NCBI GenBank assembly: GCA_963664395.2
Contig: OY761159.2
Coordinates: forward strand, 1-64,000
Origin: Candidatus Binatia bacterium
Lineage (GTDB): Bacteria; Desulfobacterota; Binatia; Bin18
Length of the DNA stretch: 64,000 bases
Direction of reading: 5' to 3'
The notes below the pieces were generated by a model. It did no database searches, was not told the DNA's origin, and saw only the letters and a list, made by a program, of their open reading frames with translations. Each line of letters opens with the position of its first letter. Position 1 is the first letter of the stretch. The translations under genes and the position numbers were made by a program. Positions 48,141 through 57,637 of the stretch are shown here, in pieces.

Positions 48141-48830
48141 TCATGGATTTGGTTGTACGGGCGGTGTCGTCTCACTCAATTTTGCAGTCACGTCCTCGTC
48201 CGACATGCTGTAGACCACCTCTTGGCCCGGAGGAAACTGCATGGGCGGGTTATTCAAATCCACCTCGGGGTTTTGGACGCTGCCGCCTTGGGACTCGAAT
48301 GCCGACGGTTTTTTATACTTTTCCAGCTCTTCCAGACTGATGCCATTGAGCTTTACGACTTCGGGATCGATCCACGACTCGGCGTCAATCGCTTCGCCCT
48401 CGGAAGTCGAGAATTCGAGCATCATGCCCTCTGGCCCGGCAAAATAAATGGACTTGCAAAAACCATGATCCAGCGGCCCCATGACCCAGTGCCCGTGCGA
48501 GCGGACGCGGTCCCGCATGGTCAGCAGATCTTCTTCCGTGTCTACGTTGAGGGCCAGATGCTGCATGGCACCAGGAGCCACCAGACCCGCAGTCCAGCTT
48601 GCATGCGACACCCCGGTTTGGGGCTGAATCTCACCACTCTCCGCTCCTTGGACAAAGGCAATGGACGAGCTGTCTCCCAGCTTGACAAAGCCATGATAGG
48701 TATTCTTCACGCCATGCATCCAGTACAGCGCGACCAGTTCCATACCTACGACTTGGGTAAAAAACTCAACCTGCTCCTTCATATCCTTGGTGCAAATCGC
48801 CAGATGATGCACGCCATTTGGTAAGCCCAT
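48141..48830 (-). CDS. VOC/glyoxalase-family protein
   Basis: GGAGG RBS; GVHHLAI, MQHLALNV, DHGFCKSIYFAGPEGMMLE. Confidence 0.88.
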   Translation of the reverse strand: MGLPNGVHHLAICTKDMKEQVEFFTQVVGMELVALYWMHGVKNTYHGFVKLGDSSSIAFVQGAESGEIQPQTGVSHASWTAGLVAPGAMQHLALNVDTEEDLLTMRDRVRSHGHWVMGPLDHGFCKSIYFAGPEGMMLEFSTSEGEAIDAESWIDPEVVKLNGISLEELEKYKKPSAFESQGGSVQNPEVDLNNPPMQFPPGQEVVYSMSDEDVTAKLSETTPPVQPNP

Positions 48831-48931
48831 AGTCTTCCCTCCCTTTGGAATGTTGTTGATACCTAAACATCCCATTTGAGAGCATAGGAGTCAAGGTTCA
48901 ATCCTCTCTTTTTATGTCAGACTGCCGAGAG

Positions 48932-48958
48932 GAGGAGCGACGCAGGCGTCGTCCCTAC
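48932..48958. repeat. Degenerate GTAG-type REP palindrome
   Basis: gaggagcgacgcaggcgtcgtccctac; a related half-site gtaggggcgacgcag lies at 53454-53468. Confidence 0.55.
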
Positions 48959-48962
48959 TACA

Positions 48963-49274
48963 TACGATGGCCATTCTCATTCCGCTGGTTGTTCCCCTGG
49001 CCGCCCCCACTGTAGCCAGGACAGCCGGCCCGCCTGTTCTGGCTACAGTGGGGGCGGTCCTCGCCGGCTCTTGATTTGGCGGCCATATCTCACCGATTTC
49101 AGACACGACGATATTGTCCGCGCTCACGGTTAGGGCACTCTCGCTGTGTCTGGGCTATCTGCCAGCCGGGTTTGGCATTTCACCCCTTATTGTACTCCCT
49201 CTGGGAGTTGGCCTGGGTACCGCGCTGGTCTGGGGCTTGGGGCGAAGGGGTGAGCCATCCGATTCATAGCCGGG
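48963..49274 (+). pseudogene. Diverged second copy of the nhaC-family gene 3' end
   Basis: Aligns to 46995-47360, with a TGT>TGA stop at 49072-49074, a 54-bp deletion, and many third-position changes. Confidence 0.9.
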
Positions 49275-49317
49275 CTCGGGCATATTGCCCGTCCCGACTC
49301 CGTCGGCCGTGTCCTGC

Positions 49318-52300
49318 TCACTCCACGTCCGTCACGACAAAATTCTGACTATCCTGTTGCCATTCCAGGGCCACCGTCTCCCCTGGCATTGGGAAGTCCT
49401 CCACCACACATTCCCCCTCGGCCCCCCGCAGAAACTCCTTCTCGGCTCCCTCCCCCACAGTCGTCACCCGCACCGTCGCCCGGCCTAACTCAACGTCATC
49501 CACGAAGGCCACGACTTCATGCTCGCCGTCCCCCAATAGATTCCAGTTGAACAACAACCCAAACCCATTGTCCGTGTCCCCACACACCGGCTCCGTGTCC
49601 AACCGCTCGGTTCCATACGCGGCCGCCTGCCGCCCGGTCCCAATCTCAAGCTCGACCGTGTCGGCCTCACACACCCAGCCCGAGATAACCCCCACTCCAC
49701 TCTGAAAGGAGTGCGGCCCCGGATTCTCCAGATACCCTGTCAGACCACTCGGCCGGATGCCGGTGTTAGCCCTCGCCGGGGCACTCCCGCCCACGATCAC
49801 AAAGTTCTGACTGGTCTGCTGCCATTCCAAGGTCACGGTCCGGCCCATCGCCGGGAAGTCCTCGACCACACACTCCCCCTCAGCCCCGCGCAGAAACTCC
49901 GCCCCCAGCGTCGTCACGGTCACGGTCGCCCGGCCCAACTCCACGCCATCGACCAGGGCCACCACCTCATGCTCCCCGTCGCTCAACAGATTCCAGTTGA
50001 ACAACAACCCAAAGCCATTGTCCGTGTCGCCACACGCCCTCAGCGTGTCCAGCCGCTCTGTCCCATACGCCGCCTCCTGCGGCATCCCGTTCAACTCGAT
50101 CTCCACCATATCGGCGTCACACACCCAGCCCGAAATGAGGCCGAGGCCGTTCTGGGACGAGTTGGCCCCCGGATTCTCCAGATAGCCCGGTGGCAACGTC
50201 ACCGGGCCGCCGCCCCCGCCGCCCGTGGTGGGCCCGGGGGGGTGATGACGGGCGGGGTGATGACGGGCGGGGTGATGACGGGCGGGGTGATGACGGGCGG
50301 GGTGATGACAGGCGGGGTGATGACGGGCAGGCGGGGTGATGACAGGCGGGGTGATGACGGGCGGGGTGATGAGGCGGGGTGATGACAGGCGGGGTGATGA
50401 CAGGCGGGGTGATGACAGGCGGGGTGATGACAGGCGGGGTGATGACCCCCGGTGCCGCCACCACCACCAGCGCACTGCGCGCCGCCTCCCCGCCATTGAC
50501 CACGGCCGCAACCTGATACCGGTAGGAGACGCCCGGCTCCACCGCCCGATCCGTGTACGTGGGGCCGGCAACCTCGGCGGCCAGAAGTTCCAGTTCCCGC
50601 ACCGGCCCGGCCGTGCGATACACGGCATAGCGTACCGCCGGGGCCGGCCGCCAGTGGTGCGTGGCCACCCCCGTCCACCGCACCGCCACCGCCCCCCCGG
50701 TGGCGGTCGCCGTCACCTGCGGCCCGGCCCGCACCTGATAGCCAAACTCCTGCCACCTCGCCTGCCCGTCCCCGTCCATATCCGCCTGTAACGCCGGATA
50801 CTGCCCGGCCGTCCCAAAGTTCCAGGCCGCCGTACTCCAATCCGCATAGATCCCGCTGGCACTGGTCGGCGCCTGCAATTGAGCCGTGGTCCGCCCCTCG
50901 CCATCAGAATCGCCCGAGGTCGACGTGTCAAAGTAGCTCGCCGCAACGTGACTCCGTAGACCTGAATCCTTTCCAACCAGATCGCCGGACGCAGTAGAAG
51001 AAGCCAAGACAGACCCCGTGGCGTAGCTGGTCGTGATGGCCCCCGCATTGATCCCCACCAACCCGCCGACTATATATCGGGAACCCGTCGCGCGGCCCGT
51101 CACAAAGCTGTCCGTCACGCGGCCACTGCTGTCCCCGACCAGCCCCCCAACCATGATTTCCCCCGTGACCTGCACGGACGCATAGCTGCTGTGGACATCG
51201 CCCTGCGGAGAGTTATAGCCGATCAGCCCGCCGACCCTATCTCGGCCCGTCACGCGGCCCGTCACAAAGCTGTCCGTCACGCGGCCCCCGCTGACCCCGA
51301 CCAGCCCCCCAACCCTGATTTTCCCCGTGACATCGACCGCGACCAACCCCACGCGGCGAATCCGGCGTGCATGGAACGCGCCGAACAACCCCACCTCATG
51401 CGCATCCGGACGATGGATGAACAGGTTGTGAATCGTGTGGCCGTTGCCATCGAAGTCCGCATAGAAAGACACATCTAAGCTGAAGCCGATCGGGTCCCAA
51501 CCGGCCCCGCCGTTCCAGTACGCGTCCCCCGCGTCAGGCCCCCCGCTGCGGTTGGTGTCAAAGTCCAGGTCCTTCCCCAACTGATACCCCGCGCACCGGC
51601 TGCTGATATTGCAAATCAAGAGGGGGTCCGCCGCCGCATCGGCAAACGCCTTGCGATACGCCGCCGCCCCCGCCGCCGTCGGCACCCCGTCCCCGTCCAT
51701 ATCGTGGCGGATGGCATCAAGCTGGGCCAGGGTCACGATTGCAATCGGCACCGGTGGGCCGGCCGCCACCAAGGCGTCCTCCGAGCGCGCCTCCTCCCCA
51801 AAGCTGCAGCGGCCCGCCTCAGAGCCGCCCGCGTCTCGCACACCGCCCGCGTCCCCAAAACTACTCTCATCCCCAAAACTGCCCGCGTCTCGCACCCTGC
51901 TCTCGTCCCCAGAGCCGCCCGCCCCGCTCTGACGCTCCTCCTCCCCGCCCCCGAGGAGCGAACAGACCTTCCCGCGAAAATCCCCCGCGTGGTGCGAGAG
52001 GACACTTCCGCTATACCGGGGATTCACCCCCCGGCGAGCCCGCTCCGCCAAGTACGCCTGCCCCTGCAACTCGAAGTTCTCTGTGTAGAGGGCCAGCAAC
52101 TCAGCCTCCGCCGTCGCCGCTCCCTCTGCATAGCGCAGAAAGTCTAGCCGGAGACTTGCCGACACCCCCTCAAGAAACATCTCGCGATTCGAGGTCGTCC
52201 GATAGAGCTGCTGAACCGCCTCCCGGCTCTGATAGAGATCATACAGAATCAGAAAATCCAGGGCACGGCCGAGGCGAACGGACCCGCCGACATACTCCCC

Positions 52301-53233
52301 GGCTTGGGCCGGCGTCGTCACCGGCGCGCCCTGGACGTGCGTGCCCGCCGTACTCAGCAGACTGAGGTCATACTCTTCCTTGCTGAACAAGGACGCCGCC
52401 GTCTGCGTATTGCACATCCGCGCCTCGGCCACCGCCGCATAGTCACTGCGCGCCTTGAGACGCGTGAACAGTACCTCCGCATGGCGCAGACCCAGCGTCG
52501 TCCCAAACTCCCAATTCGGGGCCTGACCCCCTCTGCCGGGGAACGCGATTGACCGCCCCGGGCTCGACCGGTACCCCTCCCGCTCCAAGGGGGTCAGCCG
52601 GCGGTCCGCCGTGGTGAGCATCGTCGTCGCCAAGGTGCAGTGGGTGGGTTGCGACTCCACCGTCTGCACTTCACTCTCCGTCCCCTCCCCCAGGTTGTCA
52701 TTGCCCCAGACGGGCCGATTCAGCGCGCTATGACACTGGGAACACGCCGTCCTCCCGCTGCTCGGAGACCGCACGAGCTGCGGCCGCTCCCCCGTAAAGT
52801 CGAGCGCACCCGCGGACCACTCCCCTTCTGCCGGCACGGGTCGGAGAAACTCGACTTGGTCGGCCGCAGGATCCGCCGGATTGGTCGTCCAGGTCACGAT
52901 GAATCTGGCATCCGCCCCCCACGACACGATGCGCGGATGCGCCGCAGAAATAAAGGCCGCCGAGGGGCTCTCGGAGTCGAAGACGGCCAGGAAGTTGCGC
53001 TTGTGCAGCGGCGGCAGGGCCGCCACGAACCCCTCAACGGTCGTAATGGAGTGCGCGGCCAGAAACTCCAGAACCCCCGCCTCACTCATCGTCTCCGGCA
53101 GCGTCTCGGCGTGGACCGCCCCCCCGCGCAGAGCCGAGTGCCCGCCGGGCGTGAGCATCAGCACAAAAAAAGCCGCCCAGACCACACAGACCTGCCCCGT
53201 GGTGCCCCGCCCTCGCATTTTCTGATTCCGCAT
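49318..53233 (-). pseudogene. Large secreted multidomain protein (CxxCH domain, GLUG-like repeats, FN3-like domain, VITPP linker, two GYLENPG domains), frameshifted in the tandem repeat
   Basis: ORF 50117..53233 supplies the N-terminal part and ORF 49318..50628 the C-terminal domains; the frames switch inside the 15-bp array. Confidence 0.75.
50236..50447. repeat. 15-bp tandem repeat GGCGGGGTGATGAC(A/G), 14 units, encoding (PVITP)n on the minus strand
   Basis: Read directly; includes one 13-nt unit (50360-50372) and a 4-nt GGCA insert (50326-50329). Confidence 0.95.
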
Positions 53234-53367
53234 GGCGTCACTTTAACCCCATCCTGCCACGTATGCCCCCCTAAAATGGGAGGAATCGCCGCACTGCATG
53301 CCACTGACACCACAACCTTCGACCAGCGCCGCCGAGAGGCACGTCAAGTTCAACGTGAGACACTGCC

Positions 53368-53468
53368 GCTCTTTCATGTCCTTGGTACAAATCGCCAGAT
53401 TGAGCATATGGGAGTCAAGGTTCAATTCCCTCTTTTTATGCTAGACTGCGTCTGTAGGGGCGACGCAG
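53368..53468 (-). repeat. Diverged, internally deleted copy of the VOC gene 5' region and upstream DNA
   Basis: Matches about 48774-48805 (encodes LAICTKDMKE) joined to 48880-48945 (ggagtcaaggttcaat...tttttatg..agactgc...gcgacgcag). Confidence 0.85.
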
Positions 53469-53494
53469 AAACAGAATCCGCGAGGATACGGCTC

Positions 53495-54577
53495 ATGCTT
53501 GGTTTTCAACCCGACGACGAACAACAACTGATTCGAGACACGGTCGCGGAATTTGCCCGCGAACAGATCCGCCCTCTTGCCCACGACGCGGATGAGAGTG
53601 GTACCTGCCCCAGCTCTGTTGTCCAGCAAGCTTGGGAACTCGGCTTGGTGCAAAGCACGATTCCTGAAGCCTACGGTGGGGTCGGGGCAGGTGCTTCGGC
53701 GGTCGTTGGGTCATTGATTTGTGAAGAGTTGGCGTGGGGCGATCTCTCTATTGCCCTGCATATTCTCTCGCCCCAGCTTGTGACCTCTCCGGTCATTGCG
53801 CTTGGGACACACGAACAAAAAAGGCAGATTCTCAGCCGCTATACCGGCACCCATTTCACAGCCGGCACAGCCGCAGTCATGGAGCCGCGCTTCGGCTTTG
53901 ACATCAATGCACTCGCCACAACAGCCGAGCGGCACAACCGAGAGTTTGTCCTGAACGGCACCAAGTGTTTTGTTCCTCTCGCCGCCGATGCGGTACACAT
54001 ATTGGTCTATGCCAGGACAGGCGATGATATCACCGCCTTTCTGCTCCCCCAGGGTACGCCAGGTCTGAGCATAGGCGAACGAGAGAAAAATATGGGCCTC
54101 AAAGCGGTGGCCACGTATGAGCTGAGTTTGGACAATTGTCGCGTCCCGGCTTCCTCACAACTACAAGGCGATATCCAGCCCGTGTTGAACCGCTCACGGG
54201 TCGCCCTCTCAGCCATGGCCGTTGGGGTCGCCAGAGCCGCCTATGAGTATGCGCGTGAGTATGCCAAAGAGCGGACAGCCTTTGGCGTGGCCATTGCGCA
54301 GAAACAGGCCATTGCTTTTATGTTGGCCGAGATGGCCATGGAAATTGACGCCGCCCGCTTACTTACCTGGGAAGCAGCCTGGAAAATCGACACTGGCGGA
54401 GATGCGACCCGCGAGTCGTGTTTGGCCAAGAACTATGCAGCCGATATGGTACTCACAGTGACCGATAATGCCGTCCAAACCCTGGGCGGACATGGTTATA
54501 TTCGGGATCATCCGGTTGAGCTTTGGCTACGGAACGGGCGCGGATTTGCGACGTTCGAGGGATTGGCCATAATCTAA
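53495..54577 (+). CDS. Acyl-CoA dehydrogenase (first of a FadE24/FadE23-like pair)
   Basis: GAGGA RBS; EELAWGD, LNGTKCFV, ERTAFGVAIAQKQAIAF, QTLGGHGYIRDHPVE. Confidence 0.9.
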   Translation: MLGFQPDDEQQLIRDTVAEFAREQIRPLAHDADESGTCPSSVVQQAWELGLVQSTIPEAYGGVGAGASAVVGSLICEELAWGDLSIALHILSPQLVTSPVIALGTHEQKRQILSRYTGTHFTAGTAAVMEPRFGFDINALATTAERHNREFVLNGTKCFVPLAADAVHILVYARTGDDITAFLLPQGTPGLSIGEREKNMGLKAVATYELSLDNCRVPASSQLQGDIQPVLNRSRVALSAMAVGVARAAYEYAREYAKERTAFGVAIAQKQAIAFMLAEMAMEIDAARLLTWEAAWKIDTGGDATRESCLAKNYAADMVLTVTDNAVQTLGGHGYIRDHPVELWLRNGRGFATFEGLAII

Positions 54578-54612
54578 CGACCCAACCGACCCAAACCTAT
54601 CGGAGGCAGACC

Positions 54613-55857
54613 ATGATCGACTTCTCCCTTTCCCCGGCAGTTGAAAAGAACCGCGACCTGATCCACGCCGTTGCAGACGGGACCATGCGCCCGATCTCGC
54701 GCGAGTACGACGAGCGCGAGCATGAAAAGCCGACAGAATGGCTGAACATGATGTGGGGTGCCTCCAAAAACATGATTAGCTTCGGGGATGGCAAGCAAAA
54801 GAAGGAAGCCGACCAGAAGGCGGAGAAAGGCGACCGTCGCCCTTCGGAACGCAACATCCGTTCGGCTGTCCTGGTTGAAGAATTATCGTGGGGCGACGTA
54901 GGACTGTATCTCAGTATTCCGCATCCAGGACTCGGCGGTGCTGCGGTCGCCGCGGCCGGTACGCCGGAGCAGAAAGAGCGCTTTCTGTCTCGCTTCCGTG
55001 ACGGCGAGCCAAAATGGGGCGCAATGGCGATTACCGAGCCGGGCTGTGGTTCGGACTCGGCCGCGATCACCACAACCGCGGTGCAGGCTGGGGATCAGTG
55101 GGTCATCAATGGCACCAAGATCTTTTGCACCAGCGGGCTCATGGCCGCCGAAAAATCGGACGGCTTTGTGGTCGTCTGGGCAACGGTTGATAAATCAGCC
55201 GGTCGTGCGGGTATCAAAGCCTTTGTGGTTGATCATCACACCCCCGGTATGACAGTCGCCAAAGTAGAAGACAAAATGGGTATCCGCGCCTCAGACACGG
55301 CGATGCTCGTCTTTGAAGACTGTCGGATTCCGCTCGATAATATTCTCGGCCAGGCCGAAGTCAAACAATCGACCACAGGTTTTAAGGGGGTCATGGCCAC
55401 GTTTGACGCCACCCGCCCGCTGGTTGCGGCAAGCGCGATTGGAGTTGCTCGGGCCGCGGTTGATTATGTCCGCGAGACATTTGACACGGCAGGTATTACC
55501 ATTCGCTATACTACCCCCCCCACACAGCTGACCACACGTGAGCGGGACTTTATGGAGATGGAAGCCAATCTCCAGGCCGCGCGGCTGTTGACCTGGCGGG
55601 CGGCCTGGATGCTCGATCAGGGCATCCAGAATAATCTCGAAGCGTCTATGGCTAAAGCCAAAGCCGGCAGCATGGTGACTCAGGTCACGCAGAAGGCGGT
55701 CGAACTGCTGGGCCCGTTGGGCTATTCGCGCAAGACCTTACTCGAAAAATGGATGCGGGACGCCAAGATCAGCGATATTTATGAGGGCACCCAGCAGATC
55801 AACCTGCTCATTATTGCCCGGCGTATTTTGGGCTATTCGAGTCAGGAGTTGAATTAA
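54613..55857 (+). CDS. Acyl-CoA dehydrogenase (second of the pair)
   Basis: GGAGG RBS; MAITEPGCGSD, INGTKIF, KMGIRASDT, DIYEGTQQI. Confidence 0.92.
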   Translation: MIDFSLSPAVEKNRDLIHAVADGTMRPISREYDEREHEKPTEWLNMMWGASKNMISFGDGKQKKEADQKAEKGDRRPSERNIRSAVLVEELSWGDVGLYLSIPHPGLGGAAVAAAGTPEQKERFLSRFRDGEPKWGAMAITEPGCGSDSAAITTTAVQAGDQWVINGTKIFCTSGLMAAEKSDGFVVVWATVDKSAGRAGIKAFVVDHHTPGMTVAKVEDKMGIRASDTAMLVFEDCRIPLDNILGQAEVKQSTTGFKGVMATFDATRPLVAASAIGVARAAVDYVRETFDTAGITIRYTTPPTQLTTRERDFMEMEANLQAARLLTWRAAWMLDQGIQNNLEASMAKAKAGSMVTQVTQKAVELLGPLGYSRKTLLEKWMRDAKISDIYEGTQQINLLIIARRILGYSSQELN

Positions 55858-55898
55858 GACACGGGAAGTGGCGATTTGTCTGGGCAGCAGTTTGTAGC

Positions 55899-56624
55899 AT
55901 GCAAGTGATCGGACATCGCGGCGCGGCGGCGCTCGCTCCGGAGAACACCTGGGCAAGCTTTGACCGGGCACTGTCGATCGGCGTTGACGCGATCGAGACC
56001 GATGTGCATTCCACCAGCGACGGTCAGCTTGTCCTCATTCACGACAAAAACCTGAGCCGGACGACCGATGGGTCGGGGGTTGTGCACGAGACCCCCTGGT
56101 CAGTCGTGAAAGAGCTCGATGCCGGCTCCTGGTTTAGTGCAGAACATGCTGGCGCGCGCGTCCCATTACTCCAAGAGACGCTTGAGCGTTACGGCAAACA
56201 GACGCACCTCGTGCTCGAAGTAAAGCAGGCTGGTATAGAACTCCGGGTGCTTGAAATGGTCCGAGAAATGGGGCTGCTTGCGGATGTCACCTTTTCGTCA
56301 TTTTTCTTTACTATTGTCCAAAATCTCAAATCCCATGCCCCCGAGGCTAAAGTCGGCTCACTGACGATCGATGCCAAACCAGAAACCACCCAACGCGTGC
56401 TGGACGCCAAGCTTGATCAAATCTGCCCACCTGCCCCGTTTCTTTCGCGGGAGCTGGTCACGGCCTGGAAAGTCGCCGGCCTCGAAGTCCGGGCGTGGGG
56501 CATCAAAAACCCCGCTATGATGCATTCAGCCATTGAGGCCGGTGTTGACGGCATGACAGTTGATTTCCCCCATCTGCTCTTGGAAGCTGTTGGCAGGGAG
56601 ATAAAATTTAGAGGTAAAATTTAA
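55899..56624 (+). CDS. Glycerophosphodiester phosphodiesterase
   Basis: IGHRGA, PENT, IETDV, IHD, VDGMTVDFP. Confidence 0.9.
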   Translation: MQVIGHRGAAALAPENTWASFDRALSIGVDAIETDVHSTSDGQLVLIHDKNLSRTTDGSGVVHETPWSVVKELDAGSWFSAEHAGARVPLLQETLERYGKQTHLVLEVKQAGIELRVLEMVREMGLLADVTFSSFFFTIVQNLKSHAPEAKVGSLTIDAKPETTQRVLDAKLDQICPPAPFLSRELVTAWKVAGLEVRAWGIKNPAMMHSAIEAGVDGMTVDFPHLLLEAVGREIKFRGKI

Positions 56625-57337
56625 GTGGGACGGGCACCGTTCCCATTGGCTGTGCCAGGATTCATGTCCATACCATTTTTCAGGGCGGCACTATTTTTCA
56701 TGTTCTCAGCCAACACCACGGTAAACAAGGACATCGGATGGGTTTTATAACTCTTCTCAATACGCACCGGGATGCCGTCAAATGCTTGTTTCAGACGGAG
56801 TGAGGCACTCCAGCCCAGCCGTCTGGTGAGAGGGTCAAGGGCGCCGACAAGGGGGCCAATGAGCGGCTTTGTCGACCGGAAATGGTTGATAATAGCGATT
56901 TTTCCACCGGGTTTACAGACTCGGTGAATCTCACGCATCATCCGCACGGGATCAGGCACGACACTAATGACATGAAACGAGGTCACATAGTCAAAAGAGT
57001 TATCCGGAAAGTCGAGGTTCATGGCATCCATAGCCAGTAAACGAAAATGTCGCCAATCGTTCTCATCCGCCCGTTGCTGGGCACGCTCTAACATGTCGGG
57101 AGCAAGGTCTACCCCGGTCACCTCACAATGGGACGGATACGCCTCCATAGACAGACCTGTTCCGACCCCAACTTCGAGCACGCTTGCGTTGGGCTGAATA
57201 TCGAGGCCCTGGATGACCGCAGAGATACGGTCGGTAAAGAAGCGCGCGAAGATCTTATCGTAGAGATGAGAAAACTCGGAGTAAATCTTACTTTCGTGAG
57301 CGTTCGGGATATTCCGCTCATTCTGTGTAGCCAGCAC
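56621..57337 (-). CDS. Class I SAM methyltransferase, PmtA-like phospholipid N-methyltransferase
   Basis: VLEVGVGTGLS, ISVVPDP, RVCKPGG, IINHF. Confidence 0.8.
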   Translation of the reverse strand: MLATQNERNIPNAHESKIYSEFSHLYDKIFARFFTDRISAVIQGLDIQPNASVLEVGVGTGLSMEAYPSHCEVTGVDLAPDMLERAQQRADENDWRHFRLLAMDAMNLDFPDNSFDYVTSFHVISVVPDPVRMMREIHRVCKPGGKIAIINHFRSTKPLIGPLVGALDPLTRRLGWSASLRLKQAFDGIPVRIEKSYKTHPMSLFTVVLAENMKNSAALKNGMDMNPGTANGNGARPT

Positions 57338-57357
57338 CCGCTATCCTCCCTCAAAGT

Positions 57358-57555
57358 CTAGGCGGCTTCCTGCTTTTGTTGCTGTTTCTTAAAAAGCGTG
57401 ATGTCCTGCCGACGAAATCGCCACTGCCTGCCCCGTTTGACACCCGGGAGTACATTCTTCCGGGCAAGCTCGTTGACCGTATCAGGACTCAACTCAAGGA
57501 GCGCGGCTGCCTGTCGGCTATTGATCAGAACTTCTTCCTTCTCTTCCATAGCCAT
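57358..57555 (-). CDS. Small excisionase-like HTH (HTH_17) DNA-binding protein
   Basis: INSRQAAALLELSPDTVNELARKNVLPGVKRGRQWRF. Confidence 0.85.
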   Translation of the reverse strand: MAMEEKEEVLINSRQAAALLELSPDTVNELARKNVLPGVKRGRQWRFRRQDITLFKKQQQKQEAA

Positions 57556-57587
57556 CTGTTTCCCGCGCGGTTAGAATTGGTGGTTGG

Positions 57588-57616
57588 GGTATACCATACC
57601 CCCCCTTAATCGTCAA
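57588..57616 (-). promoter_or_regulatory. Sigma70 promoter for the HTH-methyltransferase operon
   Basis: TTGACG-N17-TATACC with a TG extended -10; the spacer contains a G7 run. Confidence 0.6.
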
Positions 57617-57637
57617 TGTCTGTGTAATTTCGCGGAG

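Noticed and set aside
50236-50447. 15-bp array as a CRISPR array
   Set aside because: The units are contiguous with no unique spacers, there are no cas genes, and the array encodes a Pro-rich linker.
52640-53494. 285-aa N-terminal extension of the acyl-CoA dehydrogenase ORF (52640..54577)
   Set aside because: It overlaps the large minus-strand gene and the duplicated VOC fragment; family homology and an RBS begin at 53495.
57358-57555. HTH_17 gene as a prophage or ICE excisionase
   Set aside because: No integrase, att repeat or phage genes lie nearby; the context is housekeeping.
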